NCBI GenBank assembly: GCA_051294375.1
Contig: JBJCIZ010000207.1
Span: 92,389-156,388, forward strand
Source: Paraspadella gotoi
Lineage: Eukaryota; Animalia; Chaetognatha
Direction of reading: 5' to 3'
Length of the DNA: 64,000 nucleotides
Below, one piece after another: positions 1-13,385 of this stretch. The notes under the pieces are model-generated. The model saw only the letters and a list, made by a program, of their open reading frames with translations. It was not told the origin of the DNA and ran no database searches. Numbering within the stretch: position 1 is the first letter of the stretch; the number at the start of each line of letters is the position of its first letter. A program made the translations under genes and the position numbers.

Positions 1-1344
1 CTGAACCTCCTTAAGGGATCGAGTTCAAACTAAGTCAAAATATAATGAATTTTGAAACTAATGACACCCCTTAAGAAGAATAAAAATAATTCTTTTTTCA
101 ATGATGTCTGAAAGAAAAAAGGCTAAATTGTACTCTAGTAAAACTTAAAAGTTTTTGGATAAAGAAAATGTGAAATTTTTGGTCACTTAAATATTTGCTT
201 GTCTGATTTTACAAGACATGCTTTCAAAATCTCTCACAAAAATATTATTCACCCCATCACAGCCTAAGTATTTATCCTTCTTTCCACCAGCAAAAGTAAA
301 CATTATCTTATTAAGAGAACAGGGATGTTTACTAAAAGGAGCCGAAAGCCATTCAACTTCTTCACTTTGATGTTATTTTTCAATAATAAAATAAGCAAAT
401 TTTTAATTATTTAACTCTCAATGTCTTCAAAGATATTATACACTTTCATAATATCCCAATTGTTTGAATTAATTATTATATTTATTTTACCCAGAAATCA
501 TAAAATAACAGAAGTTGTGGATTCCCTTCGCTCCGTTTTTAAGAAAAAAAATTACACTAGCGAATAATAAGTTTGTAAGAGGAAGTCAGAACGGCAAAAA
601 ATCTTAAAAAGGGAGAATGTTAAAAAAAAAGGGGTGGAATTTTGACTGGGTTTCCTAAGATTTCTCCACAATGTGGAGGTCGATATTAAAGCGAAACTTT
701 GAGATTCACAATATTCCCGTTCATTCCACATCTATCGATATAAAAATATAGACAAAAAAGTCACTGGCTTCTTTTTCTATAGCGGCTTCCTACTAAACGG
801 AAGGAAAAAAAGTTTTGTTTATCTATTTCCAGCATAAATTTTTACATATACTTCTTATTTATCTTGGCCATTTACAAATCCATAATAATGCTATACTAAT
901 TAAATATAATATTTTTCCCCTTAGTTTGTTTGATACATATCCACAAAGCAAAAATTACTTCATTACTTGATCAATAATATATGCAATCTAGTTATCTAAT
1001 AAAAGGCAAGACCAAGCAGATTCAAAATTTTTACATGAATTTTTTAATGAAATACTGTTAGAGATACAGTTTTGCCGATTTAAAAGCATGTTTTCTATNN
1101 NNNNNNNNNNNNNNNNNNNNNNNNNNNNNNNNNNNNNNNNNNNNNNNNNNNNNNNNNNNNNNNNNNNNNNNNNNNNNNNNNNNNNNNNNNNNNNNNNNTC
1201 AAAACAAACCAATTTTCTCTTTTATTTTTATATTTCTTTTTCTCTCTCTTTTCTCTTTTAATTACATGTCTCTCTCCCTCTCTCTTTTCCCTAGTCACTG
1301 ATTCATAGGAAAAAATCTTAAAAGCATAAAGATCGAGCCGCTTT

Positions 1345-1576
1345 CGATAGTAACCAAATATTGATGCGATGATAACCAAATATTGATGCGATGATAACCA
1401 AATATTGACGCGATGATAACCAATAATTGATGCGATGATAACAAAATGACTGATGTGATGATAATCAAATGATTGATGCGATGATAGTCATTCATTGATA
1501 TGATGATAATCATTCATTGATACGATGATAGTCATTCATTGATGCGATGATAGTGATTCATTGACGCGCTGAATCA
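1345..1576. repeat. ~21-22-bp tandem minisatellite (TGATGCGATGATAACCAAATAT-like)
   Basis: About 10 degenerate units visible; a related array occurs in inverted orientation at ~39310-39500. Confidence 0.85.
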
Positions 1577-1613
1577 TTCATCGTAAATAAAACAAACAAA
1601 TGCGTGTATGAGT

Positions 1614-1614
<1 letters not shown>

Positions 1615-1646
<32 letters not shown>

Positions 1647-1815
1647 CTGGACAGTTTTCCCGCCAACGAAACGCATTATTAGGTCTCTCTCGTTTATATA
1701 AAGAATAATCAGAATTTTTAGAAAAAAAATCCACGAAAATCTCGGATGTAAATTTGTGATTTTGTATTGAGAAAAAAGCGCGGAATAAATGGCGATAATA
1801 AAAGTTTTTAGAAGG

Positions 1816-1879
<64 letters not shown>

Positions 1880-2230
1880 AGGAGGGAGAGTGAGAAAGAG
1901 AGAGAGAGAGAGAGTTTTCCACCAACGAACGCATTATTAGGTCACTCTCGTTTATATCGGTTATCCGTTGCCTCGCAACGGCGTCGTGAAATTGGTCTAT
2001 GTTGATTTTTTTTTATACACGTAACGCGTTATTAGGTCATGTTCCTCGACATTGTTTACTTGTTGCTCCGCAACGACCACGAAATCTAGGTTAAGTAAGT
2101 TATTGTATTTTGGGATTTTGTATTGAGATAAAATAATAAATGGCGATAATAAAAGTTTTTAGAAGGAAAAAATCCACGACAATCTCGGAATAAATGGCCG
2201 ATAATAAAAGTTTTTTAGAAGGAAAAAAAA

Positions 2231-2266
<36 letters not shown>

Positions 2267-2290
2267 TGAGAGAAAGAGAGATAGAAGAGA
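1615..2290. repeat. (AG)n microsatellite blocks embedded in a dispersed repeat family
   Basis: Three (AG)n runs, each with similar flanks (GGAATAAATGGCGATAATAAAAGTTTTTAGAAGG). An inverted relative lies at ~39120-39300. Confidence 0.85.
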
Positions 2291-2727
2291 AAAAGATTGT
2301 TCTTTTTTTAGGAAGAAACCAGACCGAGGTCAAATTTAATATTTGCATATTTAATTAATTTATAAAACGTAAACAAAACATATTTAATAACTGTCCAGAC
2401 TCCAGACTCAATTTTAAGCACATCCATGATAAGAAGCTGTATAAAAATTTTCAGCTTCATACACCCAAATTTAATCATAAAAAAGGCAATCTATAATTTG
2501 GAACGCCGCCGCCGACGATGACGCCACTTATGTCCAAAACCACAGCAATATCGTTGCAAACGCAAAGCGATTGCGACGATAAAAAAAAGAATAATAAATA
2601 TAAAACAGTAAAATAACTTATTTTCGAGTTTAATTTTTAGCAAGTACTAAGTGTGGAGAGACATTATTGAAAGTACTTTTGTTTTACTTTTAGCCCGCAT
2701 AAGCGAGCAGTTTAATCGAATGCGACC

Positions 2728-3050
2728 TCTCTCAACTCGCATACTTTTCTCAACTCGCATACTTTTCTCAACTCGCATACTTTTCTCAACTCGCATACTT
2801 TTCTCAACTCGCATACTTTTCTCAACTCGCATACTTTTCTCAACTCGCATCATTTTTCAAATTCACATCATTTTTTCCAATTTGCATTAATTTTTCTGCT
2901 TGCATCATTCTCTCAACTTGAATAATTCTTTCAAATTGTAACATTCTTTCAACTTGCAACATTCTTTAAACTTGCAACATTCTTTCAACTTGCAACATTC
3001 TTTCAACTTGCAACATTCTTTCAACTTGCAACAATCTTTCAACCTGCATC
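2728..3050. repeat. 18-bp tandem arrays (CTCAACTCGCATACTTTT, then TCTTTCAACTTGCAACAT)
   Basis: About 7 near-perfect units followed by related degenerate units. These generate the spurious MRVEKS/STRILF ORFs. Confidence 0.9.
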
Positions 3051-3249
3051 ATTTTTTTCAATATGCATAATTTTCCATAATTATTTAAACAACTAATTAT
3101 TTAATTAAAAAATTCATGAGTAAGCACAAATAATAAAAATTAAAGTCAACTTGACTTAGGTTTTTCTCATGCAAACTCATTTCCACTCCTCGATTCCATC
3201 AAAACTTTATATCGTGCTCAATCATGTATGTAACTTTCACTACGCCTTA

Positions 3250-3472
3250 TCAAGCATGGAACCGGAATCGACCAATCAGCTTGCAGAATCATTGAAACTG
3301 TAAATTCTACCCACGTCGCCGATCCTCTTCCTTAGATATAAATAGACTTAGCTTGTTCTAGTTTCAGTAGAATTGATCAAGACTCCTGCGCGCGTCTCAC
3401 CGTCACCTTTATTCTTGATTACCTTGATTTCGTCCATAGAAATCCATGAATTTTAACTTAAATGTGGTGACA
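3250..3472 (+). repeat. 5' LTR of Gypsy A (5'-truncated)
   Basis: Matches 13156-13385. TATA-like GATATAAATA at ~3335 and TCAGT at ~3364. Probably ends at GTGACA (3472), the inverse of GTCAC at the 3' LTR start. Confidence 0.75.
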
Positions 3473-3645
3473 GGACTTCTGGGCAAGACTCACCACTCCT
3501 CCGAGAAGCCAAAGCCACCAGCAACCACGCCACCCGAAATGAATCCCGCACTCTCAACCTCCACCTCCGCCCCCGCCGGGCAGATACCTCCACCCCTCCT
3601 GGCACCCAAGGGCAGGAAACAGGTAGCAGTGCCGATGAAGACAAC

Positions 3646-5760
3646 TTGGTACGCACTTTTAAAATGCCATCCGAGTTGAACAAGCATTGCAGACAAGCGA
3701 CGAAAGATGGACTAATCACTAAACAAATCATGCAAATTGTGAATGAATCAAATATTCAAAATCTACAAAAATTTCAACATATCGCGGACGAAATAAAGAC
3801 CATGGACACCAAAATAGGTGCCATGGATGCAAAAGTTGGAGCCATGGATAAACACATGGTGACAGCCGACCAAAAACTGGATACAATCATCGCAGCTCTC
3901 CAAGGTGGAATCAACCTGCCCCAAACAGCGAGGCCACCATCGTCAATTTACCCTGTACTGCCCAACATAAGACAGCAAACAGCAGCCCAGCCTCAACGCA
4001 ACCTTCCCGAAACCCAACCCATCGACAAAGTATGCCAGCCCCACGACGAAGCAAGGTCCTAGACGGCCGTCAGAGAGCCGCCTGGCTACACGCCATCCGA
4101 GCATCCCATCAAGCTCGAGAAAAGGGAAAAAGAAACGCTAATACGCCAATACCTGCGAAACTTCTATCAGGCATACAAAGACAACTACACCACCGAACAA
4201 GATAGATGAGCAACTGCGGGCCATCCTAGAACAAGATAAAGAAGCTGCAAGGTTCACAATTGAAATTAACAACAGCCGATGGTTAGGAATGCACACCATC
4301 TTTGAGTCATCATCACTCTCGATCGCCGAGGCTGACAAATTAGCCACTTAGTCGGTTGATCCAGCCATTCAAGATATGCAGTCGCCTTAGTGAATGAAGC
4401 TCTCGAAAAGTACGAGAATGTTCGTGAAAAAGACAAACCATCCATTCCTGACTATGCGGCACAACTCCTCGTCAAGGCCCTGGAACCATATATGCAAGGC
4501 ATCACGACAAAAACACTCGAATGGATGTACTTACTCGAACGACAACAGTACCTGGATCTCGGCAGAGAAATTGAATACCGCCTCAAAGGTTACCTAACCA
4601 GTGGATCAAATAGTGAAAGAATAAAAAAGGTCGTCAGCACCGTCTCCAATGATGACAAGGAGAAACTTGTAAATGCCCCGTCACCAAAGGCCTTACAGAT
4701 CAGGACCCTAACAGCAGCGCGACGGCATTTTACCAAGGCACAATGCTGCAGGAACTAAACAACGTGAGTGAAAACATCAAGGAGATGAAGAAACAGCTCG
4801 GAAGGCCAAATCGCTCACAAGATGACCAACGAGGTGAATGATACCGCGACGACCGCCGCGACGATCGCCGTGACAACCGCCGTTATGACGACCAACAAAA
4901 GGGAGATGGAAAGCATTTTGACAAAAACTTTAACCAAAAAGCAGGCTGTTTAAATGAAGACTTAGAAAATGATTCTACCAATGATGAAAATTTTGCCCTC
5001 AATAAAAACAATTTTCATTATTCCCGTGTAATTGATATTAGAAAAACAGACAGAAAATGGCCGAAATCAGCTAAGGCAAACTTATCAAAAGCTTGGAGAA
5101 AAAGTAAATGCACAAAAAGCAATGATCAGTGATAAAGGAAAAGCAGAAAAGATTAAAAATTTGGAAGATATTGCAAATGGATTCAAAGGGAAGTCTACCT
5201 CCGCGAGGATGCATAAACTTTTAAAACCTTTGACAAAAGATGAATTAATTCTCGCGAACAAGTTCATCCACCAGATGGGATGGAAAGGCTGGGACAAGGC
5301 CAACAACACCGAGCAAAGGGCCAAGATTAACAGGAACAAGGCTTGCGCCAAGATGGTAAGACGATCCCATTGCTGAGAAGTGAACAAACCAGAACCACCT
5401 CCTCCTCTTCCTGTCTTCATTCCTCCTCCTCCCCAACCCTTAACCTCTTCACCACCTCTGACTCATCAAATAAATCACGTAAATCCAACCAGGAGAAGGG
5501 AACATTTAGGCCTTAGGAAATTGAGGCCTACTGGAGGAATCAACAATCCAACTTATAGGATAGTGGCTAGTGAGCACAATGGAGAGTCTCTACACCAAGC
5601 TACAATTCGTAGGGTGGAGTTGGAGATCCATGAACCAGAGATTTACTTACAACCTTCTCCGACCATGGAAACCACAAAAAAAGAAACAGAAATACCATCA
5701 CTCCCTATGGAAATAAAGTTGAGAAACATCTCCCCAAAGCCCCGCTCCACGTGACAACAC
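3646..5760 (+). pseudogene. gag-like region of Gypsy A (fragmented ORFs)
   Basis: Consecutive + strand ORF pieces with coiled-coil and Pro-rich character, lying between the LTR and the protease motif. Assigned by position only. Confidence 0.55.
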
Positions 5761-8700
5761 TGGAAATGCTCTTCATGCTGGTAAAAACAGCTATATACCA
5801 GCAGTCATAGCTGGAGCACCGGCAAGCTGCCTTTATGATACAGGAGCCTCAATAAATACAATACCCAGAAAATTTATTGAAAAATGGAGCCTTGCCAAGG
5901 AAATATACCATGGCAGGCCTCTGAGACTCTTAACCGCCACTGGAACAATCATTTTGACAGAAATGATCAATATCAGGATTATGTTCCAAGCATGGGTGTT
6001 AAAAACAGCCTTTTACATATCGGCCAATGAAAATGAACAAGACATTATCAGCACGGCTGTCACTAACCCAGGCCCACACGAACAGATTGGGGAGAACAAC
6101 CATCTGCCACAAGGAAAGACCTTCAGATAGCAGCGATGGACAGAAAACCCATCACGCATCTCTTTCAAGAAAAACATGAGGCCTTGAAAGCCGTGAGATG
6201 GTTGGCAAGGAGAAACATCGACGATCCTCTTACATACAAAAAGATCACGACAACAAAAACTGGTTAACCACGGATAAAGCCTACTGGAAAACGCTAACCG
6301 GATCAAGGTGGATTATTCAGTCAACAGATGGACAGAGGATTCCACGTCGCAGATGGCGACAGCATCAGAGATGGCATCGAAATCGAGGACCAACCAGGAC
6401 GGTGGGGACATACATTTCCCCTAGTCACGGCTGAAGCAAAGTCCGACTTGGCCTCGAAACTGAGAAGACCGCAGAACCAGTTCAGGCAGACTTGTCAGGA
6501 AAAAAGCCGCTGCTACGTAAAGTAAGGAAAGACAACATACCAGCAACAACGATTGTTCACCATGAACCAACCGAAGAACTCGACGCTGTGAAAAAGGCAA
6601 GACAAGCTCAAAAAGACAAGCACGATGCAAGAGGCAAAGAAGCGTTTCTCAAACCCTTCAAAGATGTGGATCCCACACTAGCCAATAAGGCCCCTTAGTA
6701 TGGGAAATAGTGTGGGAATTCAGGAATGTCTTCAGCGAATCCATAAACGATTGTAAAGAAGGTTTTCTTAATTATAAGGTTGACCTGGGATTCACCAATG
6801 AGGACCTCCCAAAACCGCGTTTTGTCAACCAAGGACCCGTAAAAAAAGCGGCTTTAAAAAGATACTTGGAAGTTTATGAAAACGCAGGAATAGTTTCAAG
6901 GAACAAAAAATGAAGCATATTCAAATGCATTTCTTATAAAAAAAACCAGGACACGTCGCCGAAGGACAAGACGAGATGTTTGACGAGACTTTTGCAAAAC
7001 AGTGGAGATTGATTTGTGATTTGTCGGCAGTTAACACTAACTCTCCACTTACGCAACCGAGCCTCAAACATTACATCGATCCTCGAGCAATACAAACCCC
7101 ATGAGCTTCACTGTTCCCTTGACATTTTAGCCTGCTTCCACCAGGTAAACCTTCACCGAAGGGTGCAAAAAGAGTCACCACCTTCGCTGGCGCTGGCCAC
7201 AACTGGTGATGAACAAGCTACCCATGGGCTGAGTTAACAGTGTTAACGTTTTACAAGCCATTCTCGACAAAATTTTCAAGGTTCTCGGTGAAAAATGTTA
7301 AAAGCTTTCTAGTATATCATATACTATATACTACATATAAAGACTCAGAGAATTGCTACAGAAATGTAGAGACGAGAATGTCGTGTTGAAGTGGACCAAA
7401 AGCGTACTGCTACGAAAGAGGACATCAAAATCCTCGGATTTAGCATCTCCAACAGCAAACTCCTTCCCCAAAGCAAAAAGCTGGAAGCCGCTGAGATAAA
7501 ACTCAAGAACCTGAAAACTCAAAAGGACTGAAGAGCATGCTCGCGTCTCTAAATTACTATAGATGCTTCACACACAGATTCTCTTATATAGCGCAGCCAC
7601 TTCATGCCTTACGCTCCTGGACCGAAAAGACTTTCAAACTCACTGAGAAACATCGGGAAATGCTCGCCCTCTTGAAGAAATCAAAACCTCTCCCGGACTC
7701 AATTTCTCAATGACCAAAGAATAAGACAAGGCCTCTTACAAAATCTATGCTGACGTGAGCACAACGGCAATGGGCAGCTCATCACAGCCACAGCAGATGG
7801 GGGTAGAGTACCCACTATCATTTCACTCCAAATCTTTTCCAGAAGAGTACCGCATAAAGCACATTAACATACTCGAGACCCTGGCTTTCAACATGATGGT
7901 CAAAAAGTACAAAGGCTACACATGCGGCAGAAGAGTCACATTATAACGGACTCTCAGTATTCAAAAGAATCATAGATCTTCAACATGACAAACAGCAGCT
8001 CCTTCCAACAAATGTTCTTCGTTGGATTACAGAAATAAAGTTAGAATGCCAACCCAAAAAGGTCATCTTAGTCAAAAGCAAGGACAACCCCACTGATTTC
8101 CTCACCCGCTTTACCGAACAAGGCAAATCACCCCTCTTGACACCCTTTTTTTTCTGGCTGGTTTTGACGTGGATGGAAGCTACGAGCCTGGTTACCCGAA
8201 AACCCGGCAGGGGACGATGAAGAACCAAGTCACCTCGACCTCATCACCGGACATGCACCGACCCTCACCCTCATGGCCCAGCTTTACAACAAGAAACCAA
8301 GCCTTTCCGAACAAGATTTTTTGATTTTGTCCGTCAAAATTTCGCCAACAGGAAAGGAAACATGGAAAAACTAAATAAGAAAACCAAAATGAAGGATGCA
8401 GACATCTTCATCAGGACAATCTCTGCAAAAGATTGGACCCTTGGACACCCCGAGCTGGAGATGTTAGCCAAGATGACTGGCATCAACATCATTATGATGG
8501 CAAGGATAACATCAGTCAAACCGGCTGCAAGTACGAAAGGTCTTATCAGGCTTCCCAGGTGGACAGAACAATCAAAATATTCAGAACAATCACCAGTCAG
8601 GTCAGCCTTGTCGGAGATTCGGATCTAGCACAGCAACTGCGACCAATGAGATCGGAAGATTTAAAGATTGTCTGTCCAAAACCTACAACCACCATCCACC

Positions 8701-9989
8701 AAACAACAGGGGAAGGCCGAAGAAACAATCAACTGGGACAAGAAACTCCAGCGAAGTCCCACTTGACTTAATAAACAACAACTTTAACCCTGATGAAGGA
8801 CAACAACAAACCCGAGCTAGACCCGTCAGTGAGATCCCCGCAGACTTAATAAACATTAATCTCGAGGCTGAAATGGCAACAAGGCAACAACAACCTGACC
8901 CTGCTGCTTATGACAGCAGCATAATTGACAAGTTCCCCATCAACTGGCCAGGTGCAGAAGAGGAAGTCGTCATCGACAGCACCCTCAAGACAAACATCGA
9001 CGTCACGAAAATAGAAAGTCAAAAAGGAAATAAAAAGCCTCAAAAACTAAAACTTCGGCATTAATCCCTCTTGCCAGGGAAGTCAGAGATTGGCAACAAC
9101 AAAATCAAATTTTCAAGGATGTTGTTCAGATGCTCAAAACAACAATAAAGATGAAGCAAAATCTTTGCTAAACAAAAAGATGATCAAAGGCAAAAACTCA
9201 GCAGAGAGATCTTTGCAAATTGCTTAGATGACCTTGACGTCACAACGGATAATATCCTCACCATAAGGGGCTTCAAAGGAGACACGCCAACTTACAAGTT
9301 TGTTGTTCCACCAGAAAAGGCAGAGGATATCACACATAATATACATGTACACTTTGGACACCCTGGGCGAGACCGCACAGCTTCATCATGGCCCAATATA
9401 TCTCACCAGGATTGACATCGGAAGCCGCCAAGGTTGTACGTAACTGTGATAATTGCGCCAAAGCAACAGATCAACAAAAAAACAATGAAACTTTGTCGGC
9501 GCCTAATCTAGCCATCGCCCCATGGGAATCACTGAGCATTGATGTAATGCATCTGCCAACAGTCTCAGGCTACAAATACGCCCTCGTTGACTCGGACAAT
9601 GCATCTGCATATGCATGGGCAATTCCACTAAAACGCGCCGATGCAGACAGCATCGTCAAAGCACTCGATAAAAAACAATTTTCTTCTCCACGGATCTTAT
9701 CTTGAAATAAACTTTGATGGAGCAACGCAACTTAATGGAGCCACAATGAGGTCCATCCTGAATCTCCTTGACACAATTGGCCGTAAAGTGTTAGTCGGAC
9801 GCAAAAAACAGCAACAGGGCGAAAGCGACATCGGCAGAATAAAACAAGCTAAGCGCAAAGCAGTCAAGGACCAACCTGACAAATGGCTTCAAACCCTACC
9901 GCAGCTAATGTTACTCTTAAATGCCACCCCCTATCATCGGCTGGAAGACTACATGTCTCCTCACGAATCCAGTATGGACACAGACAAGG
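5760..9989 (+). pseudogene. pol of Gypsy A (protease-RT-RNase H-extra region-integrase), frameshifted
   Basis: DTGA protease motif at ~5830-5850; RT motifs at 7100-7290 (YxDD segment not recognisable); RNase H at ~7740-8110; integrase from ~9340. Confidence 0.8.
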
Positions 9990-10014
9990 NNNNNNNNNNN
10001 NNNNNNNNNNNNNN

Positions 10015-12600
10015 CCAAAAGCGTACTGCTACGAAAAGAGGACATCAAAATCCTCGGATTTAGCATCTCCAACAGCAAACTCCTTCCCCAAAGCAAAAAG
10101 CTGGAAGCCGCTGAGATAAAACTCAAGAACCTGAAAACTCAAAAGGACTGAAGAGCCATGCTCGCGTCTCTAAATTACTATAGATGCTTCACACACAGAT
10201 TCTCTTATATAGCGCAGCCACTTCATGCCCTTACGCTCCTGGACCGAAAAGACTTCAAACTCACTGAGAAACATCGGGAAATGCTCGCCCTCTTGATAGA
10301 AGAAATCAAAACCTCTCCCGTGGACATCAATCTTCCTCAATGACCAAGAATAAGACAAGGCTCTTACAAAATCTATGCTGACGTGAGCACAAGGCAGCAA
10401 GGCTCATCACAGCCACACAGATGAGGTAGAGTACCCACTATCATTTCACTCCAAATCTTTTTCCAGAGAGTACCGCATAAAGCACATTAACATACTCGAG
10501 ACCCTGGCTTTCAACATGATGGTCAAAAGTAAAAGCTAACACATGCGCAAAGAGTCACATTAGTAATCGGACTCTCAGTATTCAAAAGAATCATTGATAC
10601 TTCAACATGGCACAACACGCAGCTCCTTCCAACAAATGTTCTTCTGTTGGATTACAGAAATAAAGAGAATCCAACCCAAAAGGTCATCTTAGTCAAAAGA
10701 GGACAACCCCACTGATTTCCTCACCGCTTTACGACAAGGGAAATCACCCCTCTTGACACCCTTTTTTCTGGCTTGGTTTTGACGTGGATGGAAGCCACGA
10801 GCCTGTTACGCCGGAAAACCCGGCAGGGGACATGAAGAACCAAGTCCCCTCGACCTCATCACCGACATTGCACCACCCTCACCCTCATGGCCCAGCTCTT
10901 ACAACACACGAAAACCAAGCTCTTTCCGAACAAGATTTTTTGATTTGTCCGTCAAACAATCGCCAACAGGAAAAGGAAACATGAAAAACTATATAGAAAA
11001 ACCAAAAGAAGGATGCAGACACTTCCTATCAGGACAATCTCTGCAAAAGATTGCCCGACTTGGACACCCCGAGCTGGAGATGTTAGCCAAGATGAACGGC
11101 CTCAACACATTATGATTGGACAGGATAACATCAGTCAAACCGGTGCAAGTACGAAAGGTCTTATCAGGCTTCCCAGTGGGACAGAACAATCAAAATATTC
11201 AGAAAATCACCAGTCGCAGGTCAGCCTGTCGGAATTCGGATCTAGCACGCAACACTGCGACCAATAGAGGTCGAAAGATTCTAAAGATTGTCTGTCCAAA
11301 ACCCTACAAACACCACCAGAACAACAGGGAGGCCGAAGAAAACAATCAACTGGGACAAGAACTCCAGCGAAGCCCACTTGACTATAAACAACAACTTTAA
11401 CCTGATGAAGGACAACAACAAACCCGAGCTAGACCCGTCAGGAGATCCCGCCAAGACTTAATAAACATTAATCTCGCAGCTGAAATGGCAACAAGGCAAC
11501 AACAACCTGACCCTGCCTGCTTATGACAGCAGGCTAATTGACAAGTTCCCTCAACTGGCCAGGTGCAGAAGAGGAAATCGTCATCGACAGCACCCTCAAG
11601 ACAAACACATCGTGACGAAATAGAAGCAAAGTAAAGGAAATAAAAAGCCTCCAAAAACTAAACCTTGCATTAATCCCTCTTGCCAGGGAATCAGAGATTG
11701 GCAACAACAAAATCAATTTTCAAGGATGTTGTTCAGATGCTCAAAAACAACAATAAAGATGAAGCAAAATCTTTGCTAAACAAAAAGATGATCAAAGGCA
11801 AAAACTCAGCAGAGAGATCTTGCAAATTGCTTAGATGACCTTGACGTCACAACGGATAATATCCTCACCATAAGGGGCTTCAAAGGAGACACGCCAACTT
11901 ACAAGTTTGTTGTTCCACCAGAAAAGGCAGAGGATATCACACATAATATACATGTACACTTTGGACACCCTGGGCGAGACCGCACAGCCTTCATCATGGC
12001 CCAATATATCTCACCAGGATTGACATCGGAAGCCGCCAAGGTTGTACGTAACTGTGATAATTGCGCCAAAGCAACAGATCAACAAAAAAACAATGAAACT
12101 TTGTCGGCGCCTAATCTAGCCATCGCCCCATGGGAATCACTGAGCATTGATGTAATGCATCTGCCAACAGTCTCAGGCTACAAATACGCCCTCGTTGACT
12201 CGGACAATGCATCTGCATATGCATGGGCAATTCCACTAAAACGCGCCGATGCAGACAGCATCGTCAAAGCACTCGATAAAAAACAATTTTCTTCTCCACG
12301 GATCTTATCTTGAAATAAACTTTGATGGAGCAACGCAACTTAATGGAGCCACAATGAGGTCCATCCTGAATCTCCTTGACACAATTGGCCGTAAAGTGTT
12401 AGTCGGACGCAAAAACAGCAACAGGGCCGAAAGCGACATCGGCAGAATAAAACAAGCTAAGCGCAAAGCAGTCAAGGACCAACCTGACAAATGGCTTCAA
12501 ACCCTACCGCAGCTAATGTTACTCTTAAATGCCACCCCTATCATCGGCTGGAAGACTGACATGTCTCCTCACGAAATCCAGTATGGACACAGACCAAGGA
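10015..12600 (+). repeat. Tandem duplicate of 7396-9989 across a 25-N gap (likely assembly overlap)
   Basis: Near-identical sequence starting CCAAAAGCGTACTGCTACG on both sides of the gap at 9990-10014. Differences are mostly single-base indels. Confidence 0.85.
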
Positions 12601-13063
12601 TCCTTGAAAGTGCCGACGATTACACAAAAAGGTCACTCGTCGAATATGTCAAAAAACAGACAACTCAGCCCATGTCGCTGATCCGATTGTTGAGTTTAAA
12701 AGGGAACGAGGAAACAAACTCATCAGATCAAAGAAAAATATCTCAAGAAGTCTTGTTTGTTCCCAAGATTCTCGATTCAACTCAAAAAGATCGTCAGAAG
12801 AAATTCGCAAAAAGAATCGCAAGAAGGAAAAGCAAGACTGACAACAACAAGAACGGCGAACCTTGTACTACCTTACCTGGTGGGCAAGGGCAGAAGAGCA
12901 AAGCAAATCAAATCAAGCCTTTCAGCGAGCCCGTCTCCACCTTACCTGGTGGGCAGGGACGGAAGAATCATGCCGTTGGAGCAAGATGGCAAGATGCATC
13001 ATCAACCAAAGACAACTTCACGCGGTCAACTGACCCTGCCTGCGCTCACAGAGGAAAGGGGGG

Positions 13064-13385
13064 GTCACATCGCAGGAGTATCAAGCCACCAAAAGCAAAT
13101 TGGATCCGAGGCTCGGGCGATCTCCGCGGAAATGGAATCGCCGAATCCTGATTGGTCAAGCATGGAACCGGAATCGACCAATCAGCTTGCAGAATCATTG
13201 AAACTGTAAATTTTACCCACGTTGCCGATCTTCTTCCTTAGATATAAATAGACTTGGCTTGTTCTAGTTTCAGTAGAATTGATCATTGATCAAGGCTCCT
13301 GCGCGCGTCTCACCATCACCTTTATTCTTCAGAATAAAACTTACCTGATTTCATCCATAGAAATTCATGAGTTTTAACTTAAATG
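13064..13385 (+). repeat. 3' LTR of Gypsy A (last few bases missing)
   Basis: Starts immediately after the PPT and matches the 5' LTR up to ...TTAACTTAAATG. Confidence 0.75.

Larger units (their letters stand above)
3250..13385 (+). mobile_element. Gypsy-like LTR retrotransposon A (frameshifted, both LTRs incomplete)
   Basis: Direct repeats 3250-3464 and 13156-13385; PPT GAGGAAAGGGGGGG at 13051-13064. Domain order: gag-like, protease (CLYDTGAS), RT (CSLDILACFHQV, KLPMGL), RNase H (SKSFPEEYRIKHINILETLAF), integrase (GHPG..C..C, PWESLSIDVM). No TSD found. Confidence 0.85.

Noticed and set aside
1578-2348. SLSLSL / RERERE ORFs here and at 35986-36810 and 39057-39885
   Set aside because: Translations of (AG)n/(CT)n microsatellites.
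2647-2890. MRVEKS/STRILF repeat ORFs, or a CRISPR-like array
   Set aside because: A pure 18-bp tandem repeat with no unique spacers; the ORFs are by-products.
7396-12600. Apparent tandem duplication of RNase H-integrase in Gypsy A as a biological novelty
   Set aside because: The copies abut a 25-N gap and differ mainly by single-base indels, which is typical of an unmerged assembly overlap.
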